This document shows, piece after piece, positions 1-10,979 of a stretch of 57,147 bases of DNA. A program made the translations under genes and the position numbers. This DNA comes from Sphingobacteriaceae bacterium. Lineage in GTDB: Bacteria; Bacteroidota; Bacteroidia; Sphingobacteriales; Sphingobacteriaceae. Position 1 is the stretch's first letter. The number at the start of each line of letters is the position of its first letter. The stretch covers positions 1 through 57,147 of the forward strand of contig JBJTNJ010000124.1 in the NCBI GenBank assembly GCA_046074005.1, read 5' to 3'. The notes under the pieces were generated by a model. It was not told the DNA's origin, ran no database searches, and saw only the letters and a program-made list of their open reading frames with translations.

Positions 1-237
1 GATAAATTTTAAGTTATAATTTGGTTTGATTTTTTAAAATCAAATATAAACTTAAGACTATTTTCATTGATTGCAAATATTTTTTTCGGCTGTACCAATA
101 CAATACAATGCAAATTCAGTTCTAAACTTATCAAAAAACAGCTTTAACACACTATAAACAAGACTAGCTATTGGTTGTTCAAAAAATACTTACATTTAAT
201 TCTTCTAAACCAATAAATTGAAAAACTAAGAGAACGT

Positions 238-2679
238 ATGAAAATTTTCAAATTCCTTTTTACTTCGGTTCTTGCCTTGGCACTTACTTGGAGCTTAAAT
301 CACAAATGGGGAACTGTACCTCCAATGGGTAAATTCCTCGATCCCTTCCAGGGATTTTGGAAAAACGCCGAATCTAAAAATACCGCCACCGAGAATATCC
401 TCTCCCTCAACGGGCTTAGAAGAGAAGTGAGTGTAGAATTCGATGACCAGCGTATTCCGCACATATTTGCCCAAAACCACCACGATTTATACTTTACCCA
501 AGGCTACCTAACGGCTAAAGACCGTTTATGGCAAATGGATTTTCAAACCCGTTTTGCTTCGGGCCGTTTGGCCGAAGTAATTGGACCAAAAGCTATCGAA
601 ATAGATCGCTTTCAACGCAGAATGGGCATGGGCTTTGGCGCCGAAAACATGGTAAAAACCATGATGAAAGATCCGGAAGTAGCCGAATTAATGAATGCCT
701 ATGCCGAAGGAGTGAATGCCTATATTCATTCGCTAAAACCAGGCGATTATCCTATTGAATTTAAATTATTGGATTATGCCCCAGAAGAATGGACACCTAT
801 TAACTCTGCCTATCTGTTAAAATTAATGTCGGCTACACTGGCCAGTGGATCTAATGAGTTTTATATGACCAATATTCTACACAAATATGGCCCCGATGTA
901 GTAAAAGACCTTTTTCCCGATTATCCTCTCCGCGAAGATCCAATTATTCCGAGCGGAACTGCTTGGAACTTTAAAAAAGTACCGGCACCTAGCGCCACTC
1001 CTACTACAGAGGCCACGGCAACCACCGGTATTAAAACTAAAGAAAAAGATGAAGTTATTGGAAGTAACAACTGGGCAGTATCGGGTACTAAAACCAGCAC
1101 CGGTTTTCCAATGTTAGAAAACGATCCTCACTTAGACCTTACCTTACCCTCTATTTGGTACCAAGTGCAATTGGTAAGCAGCGATATGAACGTGTATGGA
1201 GTTTCTATTCCAGGAGCCCCAGGCGTGATTATTGGCTTTAACAGCAAAGTAGCTTGGGGAGTAACCAATGTGGGTTCTGATGTGCTAGATTGGTATAAAA
1301 TTACCTTTAAAGATGATAACCACAAAGAATACTTATACAACAACCAATGGAAAACCGTTAAGCCTAGAATTGAAACCATTAAGGTTAGGGGCGATGAAAG
1401 CATTAGCGATACGGTATATTATACGCACCATGGACCGGTTGTATACCTAGAAAATCAAAAACCGAAAAACTTTGGCAAAGCCGATAATATTCCGGCAGGC
1501 TATGCGCTACGTTGGATTGCCCATGATGGCTCTAACGACGTAAAAACCTTTTATATGCTAAACAAAGCCAGCAATTATGCCGATTACCGCAAAGCTCTAA
1601 CCTATTACACCGCTCCGGCACAAAACTTTATTTTTGCCAGCATTGATAATGATATTGCCATAACCCCGAACGGCTATTTCCCCCTAAAATGGAAAGATCA
1701 AGGTAAGTTTTTACTAGATGGCAATAACCCCAACGACGAATGGCACGGACGCATTCCAGCAGATCAAAATCCAACAGTTAAAAATCCACCGAGAGGCTTC
1801 GTAAGTTCGGCAAACCAATTCTCTGCCGACCCCAGCTACCCGTACTACCTCCACTGGGAGTTTTCGGGCTACGAACGTGCACACCGCATTAACAAACGTT
1901 TAGCCGTAATGACTAAGGCTACAGCCGATAGTTTACGTAATTTACAAAACGACAACTACAGCATATTTGCCGAAAATGTTTTAGCAAACCTAAATGCTAG
2001 TGTAAGTACTCAGAAATTGAGTACTACAGAGAAAAAAGCATTTGCAGTAGTAAGCAGATGGAATAAGTTTTACAATGCTACCGAAATTGGTGCCAGCATC
2101 TTCGAAATTTGGCAAAAACAACTTAATAACGAAATTTGGGCCGATGAATTTGGCGATCAGAAAAACTTAATGCGGTACCCTTCTAGAGACAGAACGGTAG
2201 AATTACTACTAAACGAACCTAATTCAAAATGGTTTGATAAGGTAAACACTCCACAAAAAGAAAGCAAAACCGACGTGGTTACCGCTGCCTTTAAGTTTGC
2301 AGTAGATAGCTTAACTAGAGCCTATGGCCCACAAAGCAACCAATGGCAATGGGGTACCGTAAAACATACGCATGTACCACATTTAGCAAAAATTGCCGGC
2401 TTTGGGTCTAAAACCTTATTTACCGGAGGCTCTAAAACCTCGGTAAATGCTACTAGCGAAAGCAATGGCCCATCATGGAGAATGATTGTAGTATTAGGTA
2501 AAGATGTAAAAGCCTATGGCGTGTACCCAGGCGGCGAATCGGGTAACCCGGGTAGTTTTTACTACGACGATATGGTAAATACTTGGGCCGATGGCAAACT
2601 AAACGAATTAGTTTACCTACGCAATACTCAACAAGCCTCCGATCGCATTATATCTACTTGGAAATTCACGAAAAAATAA
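238..2679 (+). CDS. Penicillin/AHL acylase family protein (Ntn hydrolase precursor, secreted)
   Basis: 813-aa ATG ORF. Hydrophobic N-terminal signal-like segment MKIFKFLFTSVLALALTW. Internal GSNNWAVSG motif matches the autoprocessing site where Ser becomes the beta-chain N-terminal nucleophile in penicillin G acylase/PvdQ-type enzymes. Length fits the family. Confidence 0.85.
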   Translation: MKIFKFLFTSVLALALTWSLNHKWGTVPPMGKFLDPFQGFWKNAESKNTATENILSLNGLRREVSVEFDDQRIPHIFAQNHHDLYFTQGYLTAKDRLWQMDFQTRFASGRLAEVIGPKAIEIDRFQRRMGMGFGAENMVKTMMKDPEVAELMNAYAEGVNAYIHSLKPGDYPIEFKLLDYAPEEWTPINSAYLLKLMSATLASGSNEFYMTNILHKYGPDVVKDLFPDYPLREDPIIPSGTAWNFKKVPAPSATPTTEATATTGIKTKEKDEVIGSNNWAVSGTKTSTGFPMLENDPHLDLTLPSIWYQVQLVSSDMNVYGVSIPGAPGVIIGFNSKVAWGVTNVGSDVLDWYKITFKDDNHKEYLYNNQWKTVKPRIETIKVRGDESISDTVYYTHHGPVVYLENQKPKNFGKADNIPAGYALRWIAHDGSNDVKTFYMLNKASNYADYRKALTYYTAPAQNFIFASIDNDIAITPNGYFPLKWKDQGKFLLDGNNPNDEWHGRIPADQNPTVKNPPRGFVSSANQFSADPSYPYYLHWEFSGYERAHRINKRLAVMTKATADSLRNLQNDNYSIFAENVLANLNASVSTQKLSTTEKKAFAVVSRWNKFYNATEIGASIFEIWQKQLNNEIWADEFGDQKNLMRYPSRDRTVELLLNEPNSKWFDKVNTPQKESKTDVVTAAFKFAVDSLTRAYGPQSNQWQWGTVKHTHVPHLAKIAGFGSKTLFTGGSKTSVNATSESNGPSWRMIVVLGKDVKAYGVYPGGESGNPGSFYYDDMVNTWADGKLNELVYLRNTQQASDRIISTWKFTKK

Positions 2680-2697
2680 TCTAAAAAAATAGAAAAC

Positions 2698-3054
2698 ATG
2701 TTATTCATCCTTATACTATTAATCAGCTTAGTTGCTCAGTTTTTCTTGCCTTGGTGGGTTATTGCTCCCATTGCATTTATTTTGGCCGCTTGGATTGGCA
2801 ACAAACCAAGCAAATCTTTCGGAAACGGCTTTAGCGCTATTTTTATTCTGTGGGCCTGCATGGCTTTATTGCACAGCTTACCTAACGAAAATTTATTGGC
2901 CAACCGGGTGGGCCAAGTGCTTACTTCTTCAGAAAAAGGAATGCCTTGGTTGCTTTTGGTGCTGCTAACAGCTGCCCTTGGCGGCTTAGTTGCCGGAGTA
3001 TCTGCCTTGGCAGGCGCCTATTTTAAAGAAGCCTTCGGAAAAAGAAGACGATAA
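2698..3054 (+). CDS. Small polytopic membrane protein (about 4 TM), function unknown
   Basis: 118-aa ATG ORF 18 nt after the acylase stop. Four hydrophobic stretches and a basic C-terminus (GKRRR). The overlapping 2732..2968 ORF is an alternative frame of the same DNA and is less plausible. Confidence 0.6.
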   Translation: MLFILILLISLVAQFFLPWWVIAPIAFILAAWIGNKPSKSFGNGFSAIFILWACMALLHSLPNENLLANRVGQVLTSSEKGMPWLLLVLLTAALGGLVAGVSALAGAYFKEAFGKRRR

Positions 3055-3063
3055 GCCACCAAA

Positions 3064-4059
3064 TTGTATCTTTGCGCTGTGAACAACAGCCTATCCAAAG
3101 ATATTTTTAGCATCAAAAACCTCCAAGACTTCGAGCAGAAGGCTTTGGAGGTTTTTTACTATCAGGCTAATCACAATGCTATTTACCGCGACTTTATTGG
3201 CCATTTGGGGCTAAACCCCAGCAGCGTAGTACGCACGGCACAAATTCCTTTTTTGCCCATCGCTTTTTTTAAACAGCAGGCAGTAAGAACTACGGAGAGA
3301 GCTGAACAGGTATTCACCAGTTCGGGCACCACGGGCATGCAAACCAGCAAACACTATGTGCATGATTTAAGCCTATACGAAGAAAGTTATCGTAATGCTT
3401 TTAAACTGTTTTATGGTGATATTTCCCAGTACACCCTGTTGGCACTACTGCCCTCTTATGCTGAACGGGAGGGTTCTTCGCTCATTTACATGGTAGACGA
3501 TTTGCTACAGCAAGCACAAGCAGGCAGTGATTATTACCTACAAAACCATCAAGCACTTTTTGAAAAATTAGAAAGTCTTAAAAAATTAGGGAAGCCCACT
3601 ATTTTATTAGGGGTTACTTATGCCCTTCTCGATTTTATTGAGCACTACTCCATCCAGTTTCCGGAACTTATTGTAATGGAAACAGGTGGCATGAAGGGGA
3701 AACGGAAAGAACTTATACGAGAAGAAGTACACGCACTGCTAGGCGATGGATTTGGGGTAGCAAACATTCACTCCGAATACGGCATGACCGAATTGCTTTC
3801 ACAAGCCTATTCTAAAGGAAAAGGGCTTTTTACCTGCCCACCCTGGATGCAGATATGCATTCGAGACACAAATGATCCTTTTCAACTAATAGAAATTGGG
3901 AAAACTGGAGGCATTAATATTATTGATTTGGCCAATATATACTCTTGCGCTTTTATAGCTACGCAAGATTTGGGCAAAATAACTGGTCTCAACCAATTTG
4001 AAGTAGTAGGCCGCTTTGACGCCAGCGATATTAGAGGCTGTAACCTTTTGGTTCAATAA
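3064..4059 (+). CDS. LuxE-like acyl-protein synthetase / adenylate-forming enzyme family
   Basis: 331-aa ORF with the FTSSGTTGMQTSKHY adenylate-forming P-loop, and a size and layout typical of LuxE/F390-synthetase-like proteins. There is no ATG near the 5' end: the start is TTG at 3064 or GTG at 3079. Confidence 0.6.
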   Translation: MYLCAVNNSLSKDIFSIKNLQDFEQKALEVFYYQANHNAIYRDFIGHLGLNPSSVVRTAQIPFLPIAFFKQQAVRTTERAEQVFTSSGTTGMQTSKHYVHDLSLYEESYRNAFKLFYGDISQYTLLALLPSYAEREGSSLIYMVDDLLQQAQAGSDYYLQNHQALFEKLESLKKLGKPTILLGVTYALLDFIEHYSIQFPELIVMETGGMKGKRKELIREEVHALLGDGFGVANIHSEYGMTELLSQAYSKGKGLFTCPPWMQICIRDTNDPFQLIEIGKTGGINIIDLANIYSCAFIATQDLGKITGLNQFEVVGRFDASDIRGCNLLVQ

Positions 4060-4062
4060 GTA

Positions 4063-5346
4063 TTATTCGGCGCTAAGCAAAAAGTAGTTTTTCTTGCCTT
4101 TCTGTACCACCAAAAATCTATCGTTTACCAAACTATCGCCTGTAATTACCTGAGCTGGATCGGCAAGCTTTTCTTTATTAAGCGCTACCCCACCTCCCTG
4201 AATCATTTTACGGGCTTCTCCTTTTGATGGAAAAACCGCTGCATGCTCTGCCAAAAGATCGGTAATAGTCACACCAGCTGTTAAGGCTGATTTTGCGATG
4301 GTAAATTGCGGAATACCCTCAAAAACATCCAATACTGCCTCGTTAGAAAGTTCTCGTAAAAAGTCTAAAGAACCGTTGCCAAACAAGAAATCGGTAGTTT
4401 TTAGGGCTGTTTGCAAGGCCGCCTCACCGTGTGCACGGGTGGTAATTTCTTCGGCCAAGGCTTTTTGCAAAATGCGTAAATGCGGAGCAGCATCGTGCTC
4501 TTTTTCTAGGCTTTCAATTTCCACTTGAGATTTTAAAGTAAAAATTCGAATCCAAGTTTTAGCATCGTCATCGCTGGTATTGAGCCAAAATTGGTAAAAT
4601 TTAAAAGGCGATGTTTTGGCCGGATCTAGCCACACAGCACCTTCTTCGGTTTTTCCAAATTTGGTACCATCCGCCTTCTTAATTAGCTGAGTGGTAATGG
4701 CAAAAGCCGTACCGCCGGCTTTACGGCGAATGAGCTCGGTACCGGTAACCATATTGCCCCACTGATCGGAGCCACCCATTTGCACCAAGCAATTACGCTC
4801 TTTCCATAAATAGTAGAAATCGTAGCCTTGAACCAATTGGTAGCTAAATTCAGTAAACGACATCCCGGTATCACCTTCTAAGCGCTTTTTCACCGAATCT
4901 TTCGCCATCATATAATTCACAGTTAGGTGTTTACCTACATCGCGAATAAACTCTAAAAAGCTAAAATTTTTAAACCAATCGTAGTTATTTACCATGATGG
5001 CGCTATTGGCACCCGAATCAAAGTCTAAGAATTTTTTTAATTGACTTTCTAAGCAAGCTACGTTATGGTTTAACACCTCTGCCGAAAGCAAATTACGCTC
5101 GGCAGATTTTCCTGAAGGATCGCCCACCATGCCCGTTGCCCCACCCACCAACACTACCGGTTTATGGCCGGCACGCTGAAAGTGAATCAAGGTCATGATT
5201 TGCGTTAAATGGCCCACGTGCAAAGAATCGGCCGTTGGATCGAAGCCTATATAGCCCGCCGTTAGCTCTTTATTCAATTGCTCCTCTGCTCCGGGCATCA
5301 TATCGTGGAGCATGCCACGCCAACGTAATTCGTCAATAAAATTCAT
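4063..5346 (-). CDS. tyrS: Tyrosine--tRNA ligase
   Basis: HIGH motif (SLHVGH), KMSKS-type motif (KFGKT) and a C-terminal S4-like domain. Start placed at [11 protein letters not shown] (5346) rather than the ORF-track start 5421, because a TAnnTTTG box (5369..5376) lies inside the longer ORF and the extension is not TyrS-like. Confidence 0.95.
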   Translation of the reverse strand: MNFIDELRWRGMLHDMMPGAEEQLNKELTAGYIGFDPTADSLHVGHLTQIMTLIHFQRAGHKPVVLVGGATGMVGDPSGKSAERNLLSAEVLNHNVACLESQLKKFLDFDSGANSAIMVNNYDWFKNFSFLEFIRDVGKHLTVNYMMAKDSVKKRLEGDTGMSFTEFSYQLVQGYDFYYLWKERNCLVQMGGSDQWGNMVTGTELIRRKAGGTAFAITTQLIKKADGTKFGKTEEGAVWLDPAKTSPFKFYQFWLNTSDDDAKTWIRIFTLKSQVEIESLEKEHDAAPHLRILQKALAEEITTRAHGEAALQTALKTTDFLFGNGSLDFLRELSNEAVLDVFEGIPQFTIAKSALTAGVTITDLLAEHAAVFPSKGEARKMIQGGGVALNKEKLADPAQVITGDSLVNDRFLVVQKGKKNYFLLSAE

Positions 5347-5368
5347 CTTTTTCAATTGTTCAGGAAAA

Positions 5369-5376
5369 CAAAGATA
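5369..5376 (-). promoter_or_regulatory. Bacteroidota -7 promoter box TATCTTTG (tyrS)
   Basis: Exact TAnnTTTG match on the coding strand, 22 nt upstream of the proposed tyrS ATG. Confidence 0.4.
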
Positions 5377-5444
5377 ATAGAATTGCCTAAATACAGGGAT
5401 ATTGGCGCCAAAATGATGCATTTTGCGTACATTTAAGCAAGAAG

Positions 5445-8158
<2,714 letters not shown>

Positions 8159-8185
8159 GAATAAATCCATTACTTGCAAAATGTG

Positions 8186-8193
8186 TACTTTTG
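8186..8193 (+). promoter_or_regulatory. Bacteroidota -7 promoter box TACTTTTG (dapA)
   Basis: Exact TAnnTTTG, 20 nt upstream of the dapA ATG in the 54-nt ligA-dapA spacer. Confidence 0.4.
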
Positions 8194-8212
8194 AAAAGCT
8201 AAACTCAATAAA

Positions 8213-9091
8213 ATGAACAAACTATACGGTACCGGCGTAGCCTTGGTAACTCCTTTCAACACCGACGGATCGGTTGATTTCGACGGTTTAAAAAAATTAA
8301 TTAATCATACCATTTCTGGTGGGGTAGAGTACTTGGTTTCTTTAGGTACTACCGGCGAAACAGCTACCTTAAGTAAAGAAGAGAAGAGGGCTATTTGGAA
8401 GTTTACCAAAGAAACTGTGAACGGACGTGTTGGTTTGGTAGCGGGTATTGGCGGTAATAATACGCAAGAAATTGTAGAAACCTTACAGGCATTCGAGAGC
8501 GAAGGTTTTGATGCTATTTTATCGGTAAGCCCGTATTATAATAAGCCTACTCAAGAAGGTATTTATCAGCATTATAAAGCCATTTCTGCCGCTTCTCCAT
8601 TGCCTATTATTTTGTACAATGTACCGGGCAGAACAGGCAGCATGGTAAGTGCCGATACGGTATTGCGTTTAGCCAACGATTTTAAGAACATTATAGCGGT
8701 AAAAGAGGCTTCTGCCAATTTCGACCAGTTTAATAAAATCGCCAAAGAAAAGCCAGAAGGCTTTTTATTGATTTCTGGCGATGATCCTATTACCTTACCC
8801 ATGATTGCTTTGGGTGCCGTTGGTGTAATTTCGGTAGTAGGAAATGCCGTTCCTAAGATATTTTCGAGCATGGTGCGTTTATGCCTGGCCGGAAACTTTA
8901 CTGAAGCACAGCCTTTACACTACAAACTTATTGAGTTTACTAACTTGTGTTTTGTAGAAGGCAATCCGGCTGGAGTAAAAGCCGCCTTAAAAACCTTAAG
9001 TATATGTGGCGATACGCTACGCTTGCCTTTGGTACCAGTAAGTGCCATCACCCAAGAAAAAATAAACAAGGAGTTGACTCAGCTAGCCTAA
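8213..9091 (+). CDS. dapA: 4-hydroxy-tetrahydrodipicolinate synthase
   Basis: 292 aa. GTTGE motif (SLGTTGETATLS), Schiff-base lysine context AVKEAS, and typical DapA length. Confidence 0.95.
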   Translation: MNKLYGTGVALVTPFNTDGSVDFDGLKKLINHTISGGVEYLVSLGTTGETATLSKEEKRAIWKFTKETVNGRVGLVAGIGGNNTQEIVETLQAFESEGFDAILSVSPYYNKPTQEGIYQHYKAISAASPLPIILYNVPGRTGSMVSADTVLRLANDFKNIIAVKEASANFDQFNKIAKEKPEGFLLISGDDPITLPMIALGAVGVISVVGNAVPKIFSSMVRLCLAGNFTEAQPLHYKLIEFTNLCFVEGNPAGVKAALKTLSICGDTLRLPLVPVSAITQEKINKELTQLA

Positions 9092-9108
9092 GCAAACCAC
9101 CTTGCAAC

Positions 9109-9146
9109 AAAAAAAGCCTTTCAGAATTCTGAAAGGCTTTTTTTGT
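9109..9146. terminator. Bidirectional rho-independent terminator (dapA / hc1-like gene)
   Basis: Perfect palindrome aaaaagcctttcagaa|ttctgaaaggcttttt centred on gaattc. It is flanked by A-runs and T-runs on both sides and sits between convergent genes. Confidence 0.8.
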
Positions 9147-9163
9147 GTTTTGGAAACTTAAAA

Positions 9164-9340
9164 TTAAGCTTTGTTTTTAGTTGCTTGAACTTCTAAACGG
9201 ATAGCTTGTGCTAAGTTTTTCAAATCTTGCATTCCTTTACGTACACGAGTACCAGCAGCGCTGTTACCTTTGTTGTAAAATTTGTCTGCATCAGCCTCTA
9301 ATGCTGCTACTAAAGCTTTGAATTCGTTGAATTTTTTCAT
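9164..9340 (-). CDS. Histone H1-like DNA-binding protein (Hc1 family), 58 aa
   Basis: Hand-translated and absent from the ORF track (below 60 aa): MKKFNEFKALVAALEADADKFYNKGNSAAGTRVRKGMQDLKNLAQAIRLEVQATKNKA. The FYNKGNSAAGTRVRK...LKNLAQAIR core is the signature of the small Bacteroidota/Chlamydia Hc1-type proteins. The gene ends at the bidirectional terminator. Confidence 0.8.
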   Translation of the reverse strand: MKKFNEFKALVAALEADADKFYNKGNSAAGTRVRKGMQDLKNLAQAIRLEVQATKNKA

Positions 9341-9555
9341 TGTTTGTTACTTTAAAGTTTGTTTAATATGGTTACTGTGTAATAACGTGTAGCTAATGTA
9401 GAGTCTTTTTTTCGGAAATAAAATAGATTAAACAAATAAAATCGCTGTTTTTGGTCGTTTTTTTCCACATTTTGAACACCTCTCCACAATTAAACGAAGA
9501 AAAATAAATACAATGTATTGTTTATCAAATAGTTAAGAAGTAATTGAGCATAAAA

Positions 9556-9585
9556 AAAGCCCTTTAGTGATTGCTAAAGGGCTTT
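9556..9585 (-). terminator. Rho-independent terminator after the alpha-oxoamine synthase gene
   Basis: Hairpin aaagccctttag-tgattg-ctaaagggcttt with a T-run on the minus strand, 18 nt past the stop codon. Confidence 0.7.
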
Positions 9586-9602
9586 CTTATTTTTTACTTT
9601 TT

Positions 9603-10844
9603 TCACGCAGTTACCGCCTTTTTTTCGCGATATGCTCCATTTTTAAGACGCTCACCCACGATACTAAATGCTTCGAGGGTTCTGTTCACATCTTCTAAGG
9701 TATGCATCGCGGTAGGAATAATACGTAACTCAATTAGGCCTTTTGGAATAACTGGGTATACTACAATAGAGCAGAAAATTCCAAAATTTTCACGCAAATC
9801 CATAGTAATACCGGTTGCTTCTGAAAGTTCGCCTTTTAAGAACACAGGCGTCACCATGGTATTGGTAGCACCAATATCAAAACCACGCTCTTTTAATCCC
9901 TTTTGTAAGGTGGTGGCAATTGTCCATAATTTCTCTCTAAGTTCAGGCTTAGTTTTAAGTAATTCTAAACGCTTAAGCAAACCTACTACCATTGGCATAG
10001 GCAAGGCTTTTGCGAAGGTTTGTGAGCGCATATTGTAACGCAGGTAATTGGTTATTTCTTCGGTAGAGGCAACAAAAGCACCAATGCCGGCCATAGATTT
10101 GGCAAAAGTTGCAAAGTAAACATCTACACCATCAATACAGTTTTGCTCCTCGTGGGTACCCGCACCGGTTGGGCCCATGGTACCAAATCCATGTGCATCA
10201 TCTATTAATAAACGGAAATGAAAATCTTTTTTCAGATCTACAATTTCTTTTAATTTACCTTGTGCGCCCGACATACCAAACACCCCTTCGGTAATAACTA
10301 AAATACCGCCACCGGTTTGTTCTACTAATTTGGTAGCTCGTTCTAGTTGCTTGCGACAACTATCAATATCGTTATGCTGATACACGAATCGCTTACCCAA
10401 ATGCATGCGTAAACCATCAATAATACAAGCGTGAGACTCGGCATCGTATACAATAACATCATTTCTATCTACCAAGGCATCAATAGCTGACATAATTCCT
10501 TGATAGCCATAGTTTAGCAAGAATGCATCTTCTTTACCAACAAACTCAGCTAATTGTTGCTCTAAAGCTTCGTGGTTATTTGAGTTACCCGACATCATGC
10601 GGGCGCCCATTGGGTATGCCATACCAAATTCGGCAGCAGCATCGGCATCGGCCTTGCGCACTTCCGGATGATTGGCTAATCCTAGGTAGTTATTAAGGCT
10701 CCAAACTAAATGTTCTTTGCCACGAAATTTCATATGTGGTGCAATTTCACCTTCTAATTTTGGGAAAGCGAAATATCCATGGGCCATTTTTTGGTGTTGC
10801 CCAAGTGGGCCCATGTTTTTCGAGATTTTGTCAAAAATATCCAA
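9603..10844 (-). CDS. Alpha-oxoamine synthase family PLP enzyme (Kbl/BioF/Spt-like acyl-transferring C-C ligase)
   Basis: 413 aa. NNYLGLANHP motif, DDAHGFG, PLP-lysine context TFAKSMAG, and a C-terminus YPVIPKG...RIIPTAMHT similar to Kbl. The start codon is TTG (no upstream ATG). The substrate cannot be assigned from sequence. Confidence 0.85.
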   Translation of the reverse strand: MDIFDKISKNMGPLGQHQKMAHGYFAFPKLEGEIAPHMKFRGKEHLVWSLNNYLGLANHPEVRKADADAAAEFGMAYPMGARMMSGNSNNHEALEQQLAEFVGKEDAFLLNYGYQGIMSAIDALVDRNDVIVYDAESHACIIDGLRMHLGKRFVYQHNDIDSCRKQLERATKLVEQTGGGILVITEGVFGMSGAQGKLKEIVDLKKDFHFRLLIDDAHGFGTMGPTGAGTHEEQNCIDGVDVYFATFAKSMAGIGAFVASTEEITNYLRYNMRSQTFAKALPMPMVVGLLKRLELLKTKPELREKLWTIATTLQKGLKERGFDIGATNTMVTPVFLKGELSEATGITMDLRENFGIFCSIVVYPVIPKGLIELRIIPTAMHTLEDVNRTLEAFSIVGERLKNGAYREKKAVTA

Positions 10845-10875
10845 TGTATATTCTATTTTGATTTAAAAATTTGTG

Positions 10876-10883
10876 CAAATATA
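10876..10883 (-). promoter_or_regulatory. Bacteroidota -7 promoter box TATATTTG (alpha-oxoamine synthase gene)
   Basis: Exact TAnnTTTG on the coding strand, 32 nt upstream of the TTG start. Confidence 0.4.
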
Positions 10884-10947
10884 CGATTTAAGTGCCTAAA
10901 ATCGGAATTTATTCTTTATATGTCCTAAACGGATTAGGCAAAAAAAG

Positions 10948-10972
10948 AAGCCTCTGCCAATGGCAGAGGCTT
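10948..10972 (-). terminator. Rho-independent terminator after ftsZ (end of dcw cluster)
   Basis: Hairpin gaagcctctgcca-a-tggcagaggctt followed by a T-run on the minus strand, 8 nt after the ftsZ stop. Confidence 0.75.
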
Positions 10973-10979
10973 TCATTTC

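Noticed and set aside
1-237. AT-rich upstream region with a small palindrome (tttgatttt/aaaatcaaa, about 24..45) and the pentamer run CAATACAATACAATGCAAAT (about 96..115). A near-miss -7 box TACATTTA lies around 190.
   Set aside because: The window edge truncates the context. The palindrome is AT-only and weak. The pentamer run has only 2 exact copies. The promoter box has a mismatch at the conserved G. This is not enough for a call.
2732-2968. Alternative-frame 78-aa ORF inside the small membrane-protein gene.
   Set aside because: The 2698..3054 frame is longer, starts at an ATG right after the acylase gene, and gives regular TM helices. The alternative frame is Cys- and Leu-rich with no coherent topology.
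5347-5421. 25-aa N-terminal extension of the tyrS ORF.
   Set aside because: The extension is not TyrS-like and contains an exact -7 promoter box (5369..5376). The internal ATG at 5346 gives the canonical N-terminus.
9571-10038. Antisense or shadow ORFs in the track. Examples: 9571..10038+, 12031..12498+, 14623..15042+, 16114..16599+, 25035..25361+, 36536..37009+, 40398..40742+, 56655..56936-, and the many 60-100-aa ORFs.
   Set aside because: Each lies entirely within, and opposite to or out of frame with, a gene that has strong family motifs. Their translations are low-complexity or hydrophobic with no recognisable motif.
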